A program made the position numbers and the translations under genes. Below, piece after piece: positions 20,350 to 30,106 of a stretch of 64,000 nt of DNA. Origin of the DNA: Candidatus Heimdallarchaeota archaeon (lineage in GTDB: Archaea > Asgardarchaeota > Heimdallarchaeia > Heimdallarchaeales > Heimdallarchaeaceae); contig JAAFKI010000154.1 of assembly GCA_021399345.1 (NCBI GenBank), forward strand, positions 1 through 64,000. The letters are read 5' to 3'. Positions within the stretch are counted from its first letter, which is position 1; the number at the start of each line of letters is the position of its first letter. The notes beneath the pieces were generated by a model. The model was given only the letters and a program-made list of their open reading frames with translations. It did no database searches and had not been told where the DNA came from.

Positions 20350-20952
20350 TTATATATTTTGATTATTTTCTTCTTCTGTAGCAAATTGCACTTGCACAGG
20401 TTTGATTTTTTCTAATAGTTTTTCTTTTTCTTCCCAAGACTTAATGTGTCCAATATGGATTACTCTCTTCAACCATTTTAGAGCTTCAAGTTGAGAAGAG
20501 ATATCGGGTATGTCAAAAAGATTCCATAGTCTATCAGTAAGACGAATGAGAGAGAGATTCTCAATTAACTCTCCACGAGACAAAGCACCTTGGAGATTTG
20601 AGTTATATGCACAGATCGCAATTGGAAGATTTTTTGTTTCAGAATCCCAAGCTATCTTTTCCCAGAAATAGTTTCTTTCATGTTTTATCATTTCTTCTTT
20701 GGTTGCATCAATAAGATATAACAACCCTTCAAATGGAACAAATTGTTTATGTTTGAATTTGAACCCTAAAGAATATGGTAATTCAGTTAGAGAACTATCT
20801 ATTATGAATTCTGAGAGAGATGTATTAGACCTCATCAGTAGAGTTCTGTTTCTAGTTGCAGGAGTATTATCTCCCAAAACTAGTATAGATACTTCTGGGG
20901 AACCTAGCTTTCTTCTAAGAGAACTTTTCAGATTCTGAATAAAGTTAGTCAT
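20350..20952 (-). CDS. Arf-family-like protein with degenerate GTP-binding motifs
   Basis: N-terminal amphipathic helix, then ILVLG, GLLYLIDA, LPIAICA, LQGALS..EL...L.L..L.DR.W, EALKWL, matching the Arf C-terminal half by eye. Confidence 0.7.
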   Translation of the reverse strand: MTNFIQNLKSSLRRKLGSPEVSILVLGDNTPATRNRTLLMRSNTSLSEFIIDSSLTELPYSLGFKFKHKQFVPFEGLLYLIDATKEEMIKHERNYFWEKIAWDSETKNLPIAICAYNSNLQGALSRGELIENLSLIRLTDRLWNLFDIPDISSQLEALKWLKRVIHIGHIKSWEEKEKLLEKIKPVQVQFATEEENNQNI

Positions 20953-21058
20953 TGGGTTTCGTTAAAAAGCAACCTATGTGCATCTTTATCAATTTTTTGA
21001 ATAAGAAGTTTTTAGAATAAGAGTAAAAGTTTAGAACTTCAATAAAAATGAAATAGTA

Positions 21059-21553
21059 ATGAGTCAAAAAATTCTAAGCATAGTTGTCGCTGGTATTGAG
21101 TATAATAACAAGTGGTTGTTTATCAAACGTGAAAGAGGAGATTATCAAAAGAAATGGGCTTTAGTTGGGGGGAAAATGCATTTTGATGAAACAATAAAAG
21201 AATCAATTTTAAGAGAAATAAAAGAAGAAACGGGTTTAGAAGTTGAGTGGGTTGGAATCAAATCTATCCTAAATGAAAAACTCAAAGAGAAAAATTCTGG
21301 AGAAACAACACAACATTTCATTATTATTTTATGTTTAACAAAAGCAAATAGTGACGAGGTCAAAGAAACAGAAGAAGGAGAATTATGCTGGTTCACTAAA
21401 CAAAAAATCAGAAATAATGAAAATGAGATCATTCCCTCTGATTATCATATGATGACAAATTTGATTATGAAAGAATCATTAAACCAGATTGTTGAAGTGG
21501 AACTATTAGAAAAAGAAGATGAATTATCTCTTGGTTTATTTGAAGAATATTAA
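21059..21553 (+). CDS. NUDIX hydrolase
   Basis: GGKMHFDETIKESILREIKEETGL Nudix box. Confidence 0.93.
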   Translation: MSQKILSIVVAGIEYNNKWLFIKRERGDYQKKWALVGGKMHFDETIKESILREIKEETGLEVEWVGIKSILNEKLKEKNSGETTQHFIIILCLTKANSDEVKETEEGELCWFTKQKIRNNENEIIPSDYHMMTNLIMKESLNQIVEVELLEKEDELSLGLFEEY

Positions 21554-22503
21554 TTAATTATTTTCTCAAATTCTTCTGTATTTATTTTAGAACCACTAAT
21601 AACAAGAACAACTTCACTCCCTTGGAATTTCTTAATCTTTTGAATAAATGATGCAACAGACAATACCGCAGCACCCTCAACTATCAGTTTGTGTTCTTTG
21701 AAAAGCAACCTTAAAGCGTTTTTAATTTCTTCTTCTGAAACCATAATGTATTCATCTACATATTTTTTGCAATAATCGAAAGTAATAGAATCGGGTTCTA
21801 TCCCTCCAGCAGTTCCATCAGATAATGTGGGTTTTGATTCGTAATCTATTATTCTTCCTGCCTTAATTGATTCATACATTACTGGAGAATTAATTGGTTG
21901 GCACCCAATGATTTCAATTTCCCCAAATTTATTCTTCAAATAGCTTGCAACACCTGAAATCAAACCTCCTCCTCCTATGGGAACTAAAACAAAATCGGGT
22001 TTCCTTAATTGTTTCTCTAATTCTATTCCTATAGTTCCTTGTCCCGCTATGATCTTCAAATTGTTATAGGGAGAGATAAAGTCTATCATGTTTTTCTGAG
22101 CATATTCACGTGCAAATGTTTCAGTTTCAACACAATCATTTCCGTAAAATTCTATCTTAACATTCTGCTCTTCTAATGCCTTAATCTTAGTTTGGGATGC
22201 GTTTTTAGGTAGGAATATAGTTCCTTTCAACCCTAAAATATCGGTTCCATGAGCGAAAGCTGCTCCATGGTTTCCAGATGAAGCGGTTATGAATTTATCC
22301 TTGTTTTTTGTAGTACTAAGGAAAATCAGACTATTCATTGCTCCTCTAATCTTAAAAGATCCAGTAACCTGTTGATTCTCTAATTTGAGATATACTTTGC
22401 AATTTCCCATTTTACTTAGAACTGAAGAATACTCTAAGGAAGTCTCTCTAATATATGGTCTAATTCTCTCTTGAGCTTCTTGAATTTCTCTAAGTATATC
22501 CAT
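21550..22503 (-). CDS. PLP-dependent threonine/serine dehydratase
   Basis: GSFKIRGA, SSGNHG, PIGGGGL. Confidence 0.93.
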   Translation of the reverse strand: MDILREIQEAQERIRPYIRETSLEYSSVLSKMGNCKVYLKLENQQVTGSFKIRGAMNSLIFLSTTKNKDKFITASSGNHGAAFAHGTDILGLKGTIFLPKNASQTKIKALEEQNVKIEFYGNDCVETETFAREYAQKNMIDFISPYNNLKIIAGQGTIGIELEKQLRKPDFVLVPIGGGGLISGVASYLKNKFGEIEIIGCQPINSPVMYESIKAGRIIDYESKPTLSDGTAGGIEPDSITFDYCKKYVDEYIMVSEEEIKNALRLLFKEHKLIVEGAAVLSVASFIQKIKKFQGSEVVLVISGSKINTEEFEKIIN

Positions 22504-22711
22504 TTGTTTCTAAGGAATATTCTCCAATTTCTATATAAACTTTAAACCCAATCTTCTGATTCTTTATCATCAATTTTTTTGGAAAAAATCTGAAGAAGAA
22601 TTAGTAAGGAAATTAAATCCGAATGTTTTAGAAATATCATTTCAGGAAAGATTTAGACACTTTCTAAACTTTTCGAGAAAAGGTTTTTACTGAAAACAGA
22701 AATGATATACT

Positions 22712-23782
22712 ATGGCAACTAGTTCTTCCAATGTTGTAAATGAAGATATAATATCAACTAGAAAAGAAAAAGAAGTGGTACAAAACAAAGCATCCAGATA
22801 TCTTTCCATTGATGTTTTCAGAGGTCTAGCAATAGTTGCAATGATTTTTGTTAACGTGATAGCTCCTTTCGATAAAGTTCCGGCATGGTCAAAACACGCC
22901 CTTGATTATGGTTTAACCTATGTTGATCTAGTTACACCTTTCTTCATCTTTGCAATCGGCTTAACTTACACAATGTCTTTTAATCGTTATTTCGAAAAAA
23001 ATGGTTGGTTTCAAACATTCCTAAGATTCTTACGAAGGTATGCAGCATTTTATGGCATGGGAATGATAGGAGCTATGTACCTCTTCACAGACAAAGGAAT
23101 AGTTTTTTCTTGGGGAGTCTTACAAGCTATAGGCTTAGCAGGTATTTTCACCTTATTCTTTCTAAAGTTTCCAAGAATTGTGAGATTTGCAGTTGGTATC
23201 GGTTTATTAGTTGCATATCAATATATTCTGACTATACCTGTAGAAGTAGGTATAGATACTATATCCTTAGCAGATCTAAATTTAGATGATGTTCATGGTG
23301 GAATAATTGGAGGTATTGGTTTTTGCATTCTATTGCTTTTGTGTACAGCAATAATTGATGACTTCCGTAAAACAAACAAATGGTGGATTCTGGGCTGTGG
23401 GGGAATTTTTACTATAGCTGGAATTATTTTGCATTTTGTTTGGAAATCAACAGGTTGGCCTTTATACGGGGGAATCTCCAAAGAGAGGGTCACCGCATCA
23501 TATATCCTCCTCACTGTTGGATTAGGTGCAATTCTTTTCTGGTTATTATGGTTCATCTATGATAAAAAACAGATTACGAAAAACAGAAGTATTTTACAAC
23601 CAATTGGGAGAAATTCATTTTTTATCTATATAATTCATCCCATAATGATCCTATTAACACAGTTAATCTTACCAATTGACACCCACTTTGCACTTGTACT
23701 GTTTCTAGGAATAGTTAGTGTAGCTATTTTGTGGTCTGTATCGTTCTTTCTTGATAAGAAGAAGTTCTACATAGTAATATAA
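22712..23782 (+). CDS. HGSNAT-like (heparan-alpha-glucosaminide N-acetyltransferase family) membrane protein
   Basis: SIDVFRGLAI..MIFVN, H...GLT.VDLV.P.F.F, GVLQ.I. Confidence 0.85.
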   Translation: MATSSSNVVNEDIISTRKEKEVVQNKASRYLSIDVFRGLAIVAMIFVNVIAPFDKVPAWSKHALDYGLTYVDLVTPFFIFAIGLTYTMSFNRYFEKNGWFQTFLRFLRRYAAFYGMGMIGAMYLFTDKGIVFSWGVLQAIGLAGIFTLFFLKFPRIVRFAVGIGLLVAYQYILTIPVEVGIDTISLADLNLDDVHGGIIGGIGFCILLLLCTAIIDDFRKTNKWWILGCGGIFTIAGIILHFVWKSTGWPLYGGISKERVTASYILLTVGLGAILFWLLWFIYDKKQITKNRSILQPIGRNSFFIYIIHPIMILLTQLILPIDTHFALVLFLGIVSVAILWSVSFFLDKKKFYIVI

Positions 23783-23795
23783 CAAATGAGGTTTA

Positions 23796-24713
23796 GTGAT
23801 GAAAGTAGTAGAAGATATTACACAACTCATTGGAAAAACTCCTTTAGTAAAACTAGGAAGACTCTTTCCAAACTCCGAAATTTATGGCAAATGTGAATTC
23901 ATGAACCCTTTAAGTGTAAAGGATCGTCCAGTTCTGCAAATCTTTAACGATGCTGAAGAACAAGGTTTGATTAAACCAGGAGATACTGTGATTGAATGTA
24001 CAAGTGGGAATACAGGAATGGCAGTTTCTTTAATTGCGGCAATAAAAGAATACAAAGCAATACTAGTCATGTCAGAAATACAAAGTATTGAACGACGCCA
24101 AATTCTCAATGCTTTGGGAGCTGAATTGATTTTGACACCTGCGGAATTAGGAACTGAAGGATCCCGACAGAAATTAAAGGAACTATTAGAAGAGAACCCT
24201 GATTACTTCTATATAGGACAACATGTTAATTCTTCAAACCCCAAAGCGCATTATCTATCAACTGGTCCTGAACTATGGAAACAAACAGAAGGAGAAATAG
24301 ATATTCTAATTGCAGGATTAGGTACAGGAGGAACAATATGTGGCGCAGGTAAATACTTGAAGGAAAAAAATTCAAATGTACAATTGGTCGCGGTTGAGCC
24401 TGTTGAATCACCTTACATCTCCAAAGGAATATTCAAACCTCACAAAATGATGGGGACAGCTCCAGGATTTGTACCTGAAACACTTGACAAGGATATAATT
24501 GATGAGATATTTCTGGTTAAACAAGCTGATGCTTTTGAGATGTGTAGAAAAATGGCATTAATAGAAGGTATTCTAATTGGAATAAGCTCAGGAGCAGTAT
24601 GTGAGGCAGCAAAACAAATTTCGAAAAGAGTAGAGAATAAGAAAAAGAAAATTGTTGTTGTTTTAGCGGATACAGGACAAAGATACTTGAGTGTGGAAGG
24701 ATTATTTGTTTGA
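23796..24713 (+). CDS. cysK: Cysteine synthase (O-acetylserine sulfhydrylase)
   Basis: NPLSVKDR, TSGNTG, GLGTGGT, GISSGA, DTGQRYLS. Confidence 0.92.
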   Translation: MMKVVEDITQLIGKTPLVKLGRLFPNSEIYGKCEFMNPLSVKDRPVLQIFNDAEEQGLIKPGDTVIECTSGNTGMAVSLIAAIKEYKAILVMSEIQSIERRQILNALGAELILTPAELGTEGSRQKLKELLEENPDYFYIGQHVNSSNPKAHYLSTGPELWKQTEGEIDILIAGLGTGGTICGAGKYLKEKNSNVQLVAVEPVESPYISKGIFKPHKMMGTAPGFVPETLDKDIIDEIFLVKQADAFEMCRKMALIEGILIGISSGAVCEAAKQISKRVENKKKKIVVVLADTGQRYLSVEGLFV

Positions 24714-24726
24714 TTTAAAAGAGGAG

Positions 24727-24804
24727 TGGTGGGGCAGGGCGGATTCGAACCGCCGACTTCCTCCACGTCAAGGAGGTATCATAGCCAGGCTAGATCACTG
24801 CCCC
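24727..24804 (-). tRNA. tRNA-Val(GAC), CCA encoded
   Basis: GGGGCAG acceptor, CCTCC-TTGACGT-GGAGG anticodon arm, GGTTCGAATCC T arm. Confidence 0.96.
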
Positions 24805-25153
24805 CTTTTATTGATAGGTCTTTCTTCGTTCTCTTCTTTCTTGTTTTCTTTAAATATTTTTTGTTACAAATCTTTGTTTCACCAATATTTGATATTTTTT
24901 TCTTTTTGGTTCATTAAAATCTTCTTTTTTTTCATTCTAATTATTAATTTGATTTCTTCAAATTTGCTTGTTTTCTTTAATATTTTCTCCTTAAGATACC
25001 ATTTTGTCAAACTTTCGTTTTTTTCCGACTCAAAATCATATTCCAATCCTTGTTTCTTTTTTAAATATCACTAGGTAACATTTATAAAAACTTCAACAGA
25101 CAATCTATCAAAGGAACAGTGATAAACTATTCTGTTCACTCGAGTGATTTATT

Positions 25154-27769
25154 ATGGATAAAAGTGTAGCAATGTCTCTAAAAATTGTTGGTTTTCTCCT
25201 TATTCTTACTTCTGCCTGGGCACCTATATATACAATTACATTTGATGCAACAACAACTGAACCTGAACCAATTATTCTTGTTGGTTCTCAGAGCATTACT
25301 GGAGTCCTTAATAATGTATATTACGAAAATAATCTAGCATTTGTAGTAGATTCAGATACAGGGTTAAGTATTGTAAATGTAACTGATGCAACAACACCTG
25401 AGATTATTGGGACATACAATATTGCAAATGGGGCCAATGGTATATTCGTGAAGGATAACTATGCTTACATTGCAGATACGGTCACAGGATTACAGATTGT
25501 TAATATTACTGACCCTACTTCACCAACACAAGTTGGTACATATAGTATTACAGGAGGGGCCACTGATGTATTTGTATCAGGAAATTATACTTACATTGTA
25601 GATTCAACAATAGGGTTTCAAATACTAAATATTAGTGACCCAACAACACCAACACAAGAGGGTGTATTTAGTATTTCAGGGGAAATAAACGGTTTAATTG
25701 TAAAAGATGAATTCGCATATATTGTAGATTCAGTAACTGGTTTACGTATTCTAAATGTTACTGACGCAACTTTACCAAGCTTGGTTGCAACCTTCGATGT
25801 AAACGAACCAGTATATGATGTAGCTGTTTTAGGAAGTTATGCTTACATTGTTGGTGAAAATATTGGCATACAAGTAGTAAATATAAGTAATCCTCAATCT
25901 CCCGTTCTCACTAGTTCTTATTATATTGAAGGAAATGTCAATGGAATACATATTGAAAATGAACATGCATATATTGTTGATTCGACTGTTGGAATACAAA
26001 TTGTTTCAATTATAAATCCAGAAGAACTAACTATTGTAGGCTCACAGGAAATTACAGGAGAGATATATGGAATATTCGTAAAAGACGGATATGCATATGT
26101 TGTAGGATCAGATCTAGAAATCTTTAGAGTAAGACCCAGATCTCAGTATGATTCATCAGGTACACTAGTACGAATCTTCGGTTTCAAAATCGATTATAAA
26201 ATGTTAACTTACAGTAGTGCAAACAACATCGCTCAAGAACGATTCCTGGAAGCTGAAATACCTAGTAGTGTTGTTATTCTTGCTGCAGCTTTGTGGTTTA
26301 TACTAATCTTTGCCGTAGTTGCTGTTGTTCTAGGTCAGGTTTTCCAAAGTGGTGGCTTTAAATCGAGGGGTACATTTGCAGATATTGCTGCAGGTATTCT
26401 TTTACTTATGGCCCTGGTAATCGCTATTCTATCAATGAGCCGGACAATGGCTATAGCAGCTGAAAGATATCAAGCTTTAGTAACGGGACAAACTGCAGCC
26501 TCAACGGCGCCTGTTACGTTTAACCCGAATGATACTTCACCATCTTACTTTGACATTGGTTTAACAGGTTTAATTGGACCTGGATTCTACATATTCACTA
26601 TTGGAATATTAATGATGGTAACTGGTATTTTTCTACCAGTCAATTGGCAACAAACAACCAGCTCCAAAATGTCAAGAAGAATTGGTGATACTGGTGTTCT
26701 TAGATGGGTAAAAAACATAGCATCATTAAGATTAACTACTTACGTTACCCGTAGATTATTAACTCTTATTCCTCTCTTCATTGCAATATGTGTGATGACG
26801 TTTGTAATGGTAAACGGAATGGGTGATCCAGTAGCCTTGTTACTACTTGGAAAACAAAGAGTAACGGAACAAGATAGGATAAATCTTACTAAAAAACTTG
26901 GTTTAGATCAGCCCGTTTATGTTCAATTCGTGTCCTGGTTTTACAACCTCATACGTGGTGATATGGGTATAAGTTTCCAATCAGGTCAATCAATTAATAA
27001 TATGATTGGTGGATTAATTTGGGAAACTCTAAAGCTTCAATTAGCATCATTTGCACTAGCTTTGATTATTTCGATACCTTTGGGTGTTTTGGCAGCAAAG
27101 AATCAAAACACATGGATTGATTCAGCCGCTAGTTCTTTCGCACTCTTAGGTCTCTCAATGCCAATTTTTGTGTTTGGTTTATTATTGATTTATATATTCA
27201 GCGGATATGGTTTAGGATGGTTCCCAGCTGCAAAAGCTCACCGAATACCGACGCCGACGCCTGTATTTAGTCAAACGAACTGGCAATTATTCTGGTCAGG
27301 GCAGTGGGGCGGTGTTGGTGGATTTTGGAATAATGTAGGTGTAAGATTAGGGGATTCACTCCTTCATATGGCTTTACCAACTATTACTTTGACATTCGCT
27401 TTCTTAGCCCTATATACTAGATTAGTTAGGTCAACAATGCTTGAAGTTCTTAGACAAGATTATGTCTTATCTGCAAGAGCAAATGGATTATCTGAAAGAA
27501 CCATTACATGGAAACATGCATTCAGAAATGTTTTGATCCCTGTAGTAACCTATATTGGGTTGTTTATGGCTACAGCTTTAGCTGGGGCCCCAATTACTGA
27601 AACACTCTTCACATGGCCTGGCTTAGGATTCAAGTATGTAGGTGCGGTGCTTCTTTTGGACTTCCCAATGGTCTTGGGTACGACGGCAGTCCTAACGTTA
27701 CTTATCTTACTAGGTAATTTGATAACAGATGTTGCTTACGTTGCGGTAGATCCTCGTATAGAACTATGA
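25154..27769 (+). CDS. Dpp/Opp ABC permease (DppB-like) fused to an N-terminal LVIVD-repeat domain
   Basis: Seven about 42-aa YAYxxD..GL.IxNxxxP repeats; C-terminal GDP, LGLDQP, DYVLSARANG, DPRI. Confidence 0.92.
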   Translation: MDKSVAMSLKIVGFLLILTSAWAPIYTITFDATTTEPEPIILVGSQSITGVLNNVYYENNLAFVVDSDTGLSIVNVTDATTPEIIGTYNIANGANGIFVKDNYAYIADTVTGLQIVNITDPTSPTQVGTYSITGGATDVFVSGNYTYIVDSTIGFQILNISDPTTPTQEGVFSISGEINGLIVKDEFAYIVDSVTGLRILNVTDATLPSLVATFDVNEPVYDVAVLGSYAYIVGENIGIQVVNISNPQSPVLTSSYYIEGNVNGIHIENEHAYIVDSTVGIQIVSIINPEELTIVGSQEITGEIYGIFVKDGYAYVVGSDLEIFRVRPRSQYDSSGTLVRIFGFKIDYKMLTYSSANNIAQERFLEAEIPSSVVILAAALWFILIFAVVAVVLGQVFQSGGFKSRGTFADIAAGILLLMALVIAILSMSRTMAIAAERYQALVTGQTAASTAPVTFNPNDTSPSYFDIGLTGLIGPGFYIFTIGILMMVTGIFLPVNWQQTTSSKMSRRIGDTGVLRWVKNIASLRLTTYVTRRLLTLIPLFIAICVMTFVMVNGMGDPVALLLLGKQRVTEQDRINLTKKLGLDQPVYVQFVSWFYNLIRGDMGISFQSGQSINNMIGGLIWETLKLQLASFALALIISIPLGVLAAKNQNTWIDSAASSFALLGLSMPIFVFGLLLIYIFSGYGLGWFPAAKAHRIPTPTPVFSQTNWQLFWSGQWGGVGGFWNNVGVRLGDSLLHMALPTITLTFAFLALYTRLVRSTMLEVLRQDYVLSARANGLSERTITWKHAFRNVLIPVVTYIGLFMATALAGAPITETLFTWPGLGFKYVGAVLLLDFPMVLGTTAVLTLLILLGNLITDVAYVAVDPRIEL
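25265..26140 (+). repeat. Seven LVIVD-type protein repeats (predicted beta-propeller)
   Basis: About 126-nt period repeats visible in the translation; boundaries approximate. Confidence 0.8.
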
Positions 27770-27786
27770 TAAACAGGTGATATGAG

Positions 27787-29064
27787 TTGCAAAAAACTAA
27801 GAAAACACAAAAAGGGTCTTTTTCTAAAAGACTTAATAATTACTTAGTAGAAAAAAGATTACCAAGATCTATGTCTTGGGCCGGAGCGCTAGCTGTGCTC
27901 TGGCAGCACTACTACCTTAACTATATCGTACAATTCTTAGGTATTTTCTTAATATTTGGAATTGGATTACCATATGGTCTTATGGCATTCGGAGTTTCCA
28001 TGAGTGTAGACGGTGTTCGACTAGGACCAATTGGATCTCCATACGCGTATTTCATCTATGTAATAATTGTTGCATTAGTATGGGTTGGTGTAAAGGTAGG
28101 TTGGAGGTATTACAAGAAGGTAACTGGTAAGAAGGAGATGATTATTGCAAAAGATGGAACTCTTCGAGAAAGAAGTCCTTCTCAATGGACACTTGTTTGG
28201 AGAAGATATAGGAAAAACAAAGTTGCAGTCTTATCAGCTACTCTCGTAGTTGGAATTACACTTTTAGCAATTATTTATCCAATCTTGATGCCTTTTAGTC
28301 CTGTAGGAACTACCCCCCTGTTTGATGCATGGAATGGCGGTGGTTCTTTAGCTAATCCAAATCTAAAGTATCCTGGAGGAACAGATATTCTTGGAAGAGA
28401 TGAATTCTCAAGGTTACTCGCTGGTAGTGAAGTATCCTTAACTGTAGGACTATTCTCAACTGTCATGTCTGTTTTAATAGGGGTGACATTAGGTGCCCTT
28501 GCTGGATACTATAGAGGATGGACTGAAGAAGTAATTATGAGAATTACAGACATGTTTCTTGCTCTACCATTTCTTGTAATAGCAATTCTAGCAGTTTCAT
28601 TCATCAGAAGAGGAAGATTAGTATTTTTGAGACGGATACCACAATCAATAGTTATTATAATTGTACTGGGAATATTTGGTTGGGCAGGATTATGTAGGTT
28701 AGTTACGGCTAACACGAAGCAGATATACAACTTAGATTATGTAAATGCTGCAAGAGTATTAGGAGCAAGTAATCGGAGAATCATTTTGGTTCATATACTA
28801 CCTAACATTTTAGCCCCCATCATCGTTATTGCAACAATATCTATTGCTGGAGGAATTCTCTCAGAAGCAGGATTGACCTTTTTAGGTTTAGGGAGTCCAA
28901 CGACGATCTCTTGGGGACAGATGGTTAATGAAGCACAAACGGTTCTGAAAACGAACCCAGAATTAGCGCTTCTACCAGGATTCGCAATATTCTTTGTTGT
29001 ACTGGCATTTAACTTGCTAGGAGACGCATTAAGAGATGCGCTAGATCCAAGGTTAAGAGAGTGA
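27787..29064 (+). CDS. Dpp/Opp ABC permease DppC-like
   Basis: GTDILGRD, HILPN, LGDALRDALDPR. Confidence 0.93.
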   Translation: MQKTKKTQKGSFSKRLNNYLVEKRLPRSMSWAGALAVLWQHYYLNYIVQFLGIFLIFGIGLPYGLMAFGVSMSVDGVRLGPIGSPYAYFIYVIIVALVWVGVKVGWRYYKKVTGKKEMIIAKDGTLRERSPSQWTLVWRRYRKNKVAVLSATLVVGITLLAIIYPILMPFSPVGTTPLFDAWNGGGSLANPNLKYPGGTDILGRDEFSRLLAGSEVSLTVGLFSTVMSVLIGVTLGALAGYYRGWTEEVIMRITDMFLALPFLVIAILAVSFIRRGRLVFLRRIPQSIVIIIVLGIFGWAGLCRLVTANTKQIYNLDYVNAARVLGASNRRIILVHILPNILAPIIVIATISIAGGILSEAGLTFLGLGSPTTISWGQMVNEAQTVLKTNPELALLPGFAIFFVVLAFNLLGDALRDALDPRLRE

Positions 29065-29068
29065 TACA

Positions 29069-30106
29069 ATGGCACAAAATAAAAAAATACTAGACTTACG
29101 AAATATTTACACCTATTTTTACACTGAATCAGGTGTCGTTGAAGCCTTAGATGGTGTTTCCTTCGATGTTAATTATGGTGAACCAGTTGGTATTGTTGGT
29201 GAATCAGGCTGTGGTAAAACTGTCACTGCCCACTCCACTTTGCGTATCTTACCTAAAAATGGTAAAACTGTTGCTGGTGAAATAATTTACAAGGGTGTAA
29301 ACCTTCTTGATTTACCTGATCTTCAAATGAGAAGGATACGTGGTAAAGAAATAGCTATGATTTTCCAAGATCCTATGACAAGCTTGAATCCAATCTTCAA
29401 AGTATCTGATCAGATGACTGAAGTCATTGCTTTGCATAGAAGATGTGATAAGAAAGAAGCTCTAGAGATTGCTATTGAAACTCTGGATCTAGTAGGAATT
29501 TCTGAAGCTGAAAAACGTATTACTGATTATCCTCACCAATTTAGTGGAGGAATGCGTCAGAGAATCCTTATAGCCAGAGCACTTGCTCTTCAACCCAGTC
29601 TTTTGATTGCTGACGAACCTACAACTGCTTTAGATGTTACAATTCAAGCACAGGTTCTTGAAATCATCAAAGAGATGCAACAAAAGCTAGGGTTAGCTAT
29701 GATGCTCATTACTCATAATCTTGGAGTTGTTGCAGAAACTACAAAACGAGTTCATATTTTCTATGGTGGTCGTGTGGTTGAATCTGGGCCAACAGATGAT
29801 ATATTCCTTGATCCCAAACATCCATACACATATGCACTCTTTGAGAGTATTCCATCTCTGGAAAAAGACAAGACACGTCTTGAAACAATTCCTGGTAATG
29901 TACCAAGATTGATTAATCCCCCAAAGGGATGTCGTTTCCATCCAAGATGTAAATATGCAACTGAAATTTGTTCTCGTGTTCGACCTCCTGAATTTAAGTT
30001 CGGCAAGGGTCGTCGTGTTGCTTGTCATCATTTCGAGGAACTAGATTTGCATATAGATATGGAATCTATACGTGAAAGTAGAAAAGCTGTAAAGGAGGAA
30101 GCATAA
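29069..30106 (+). CDS. Oligopeptide ABC ATPase DppD-like
   Basis: GESGCGKT, FSGGMRQR, DEPTTALD, C-terminal GCRFHPRC. Confidence 0.95.
   Translation: MAQNKKILDLRNIYTYFYTESGVVEALDGVSFDVNYGEPVGIVGESGCGKTVTAHSTLRILPKNGKTVAGEIIYKGVNLLDLPDLQMRRIRGKEIAMIFQDPMTSLNPIFKVSDQMTEVIALHRRCDKKEALEIAIETLDLVGISEAEKRITDYPHQFSGGMRQRILIARALALQPSLLIADEPTTALDVTIQAQVLEIIKEMQQKLGLAMMLITHNLGVVAETTKRVHIFYGGRVVESGPTDDIFLDPKHPYTYALFESIPSLEKDKTRLETIPGNVPRLINPPKGCRFHPRCKYATEICSRVRPPEFKFGKGRRVACHHFEELDLHIDMESIRESRKAVKEEA

Noticed and set aside
24440-25074. ORFs overlapping tRNA-Val (24440-24766, 24691-25074, 24726-24917)
   Set aside because: They overlap a clear tRNA and a low-complexity T-rich intergenic tract
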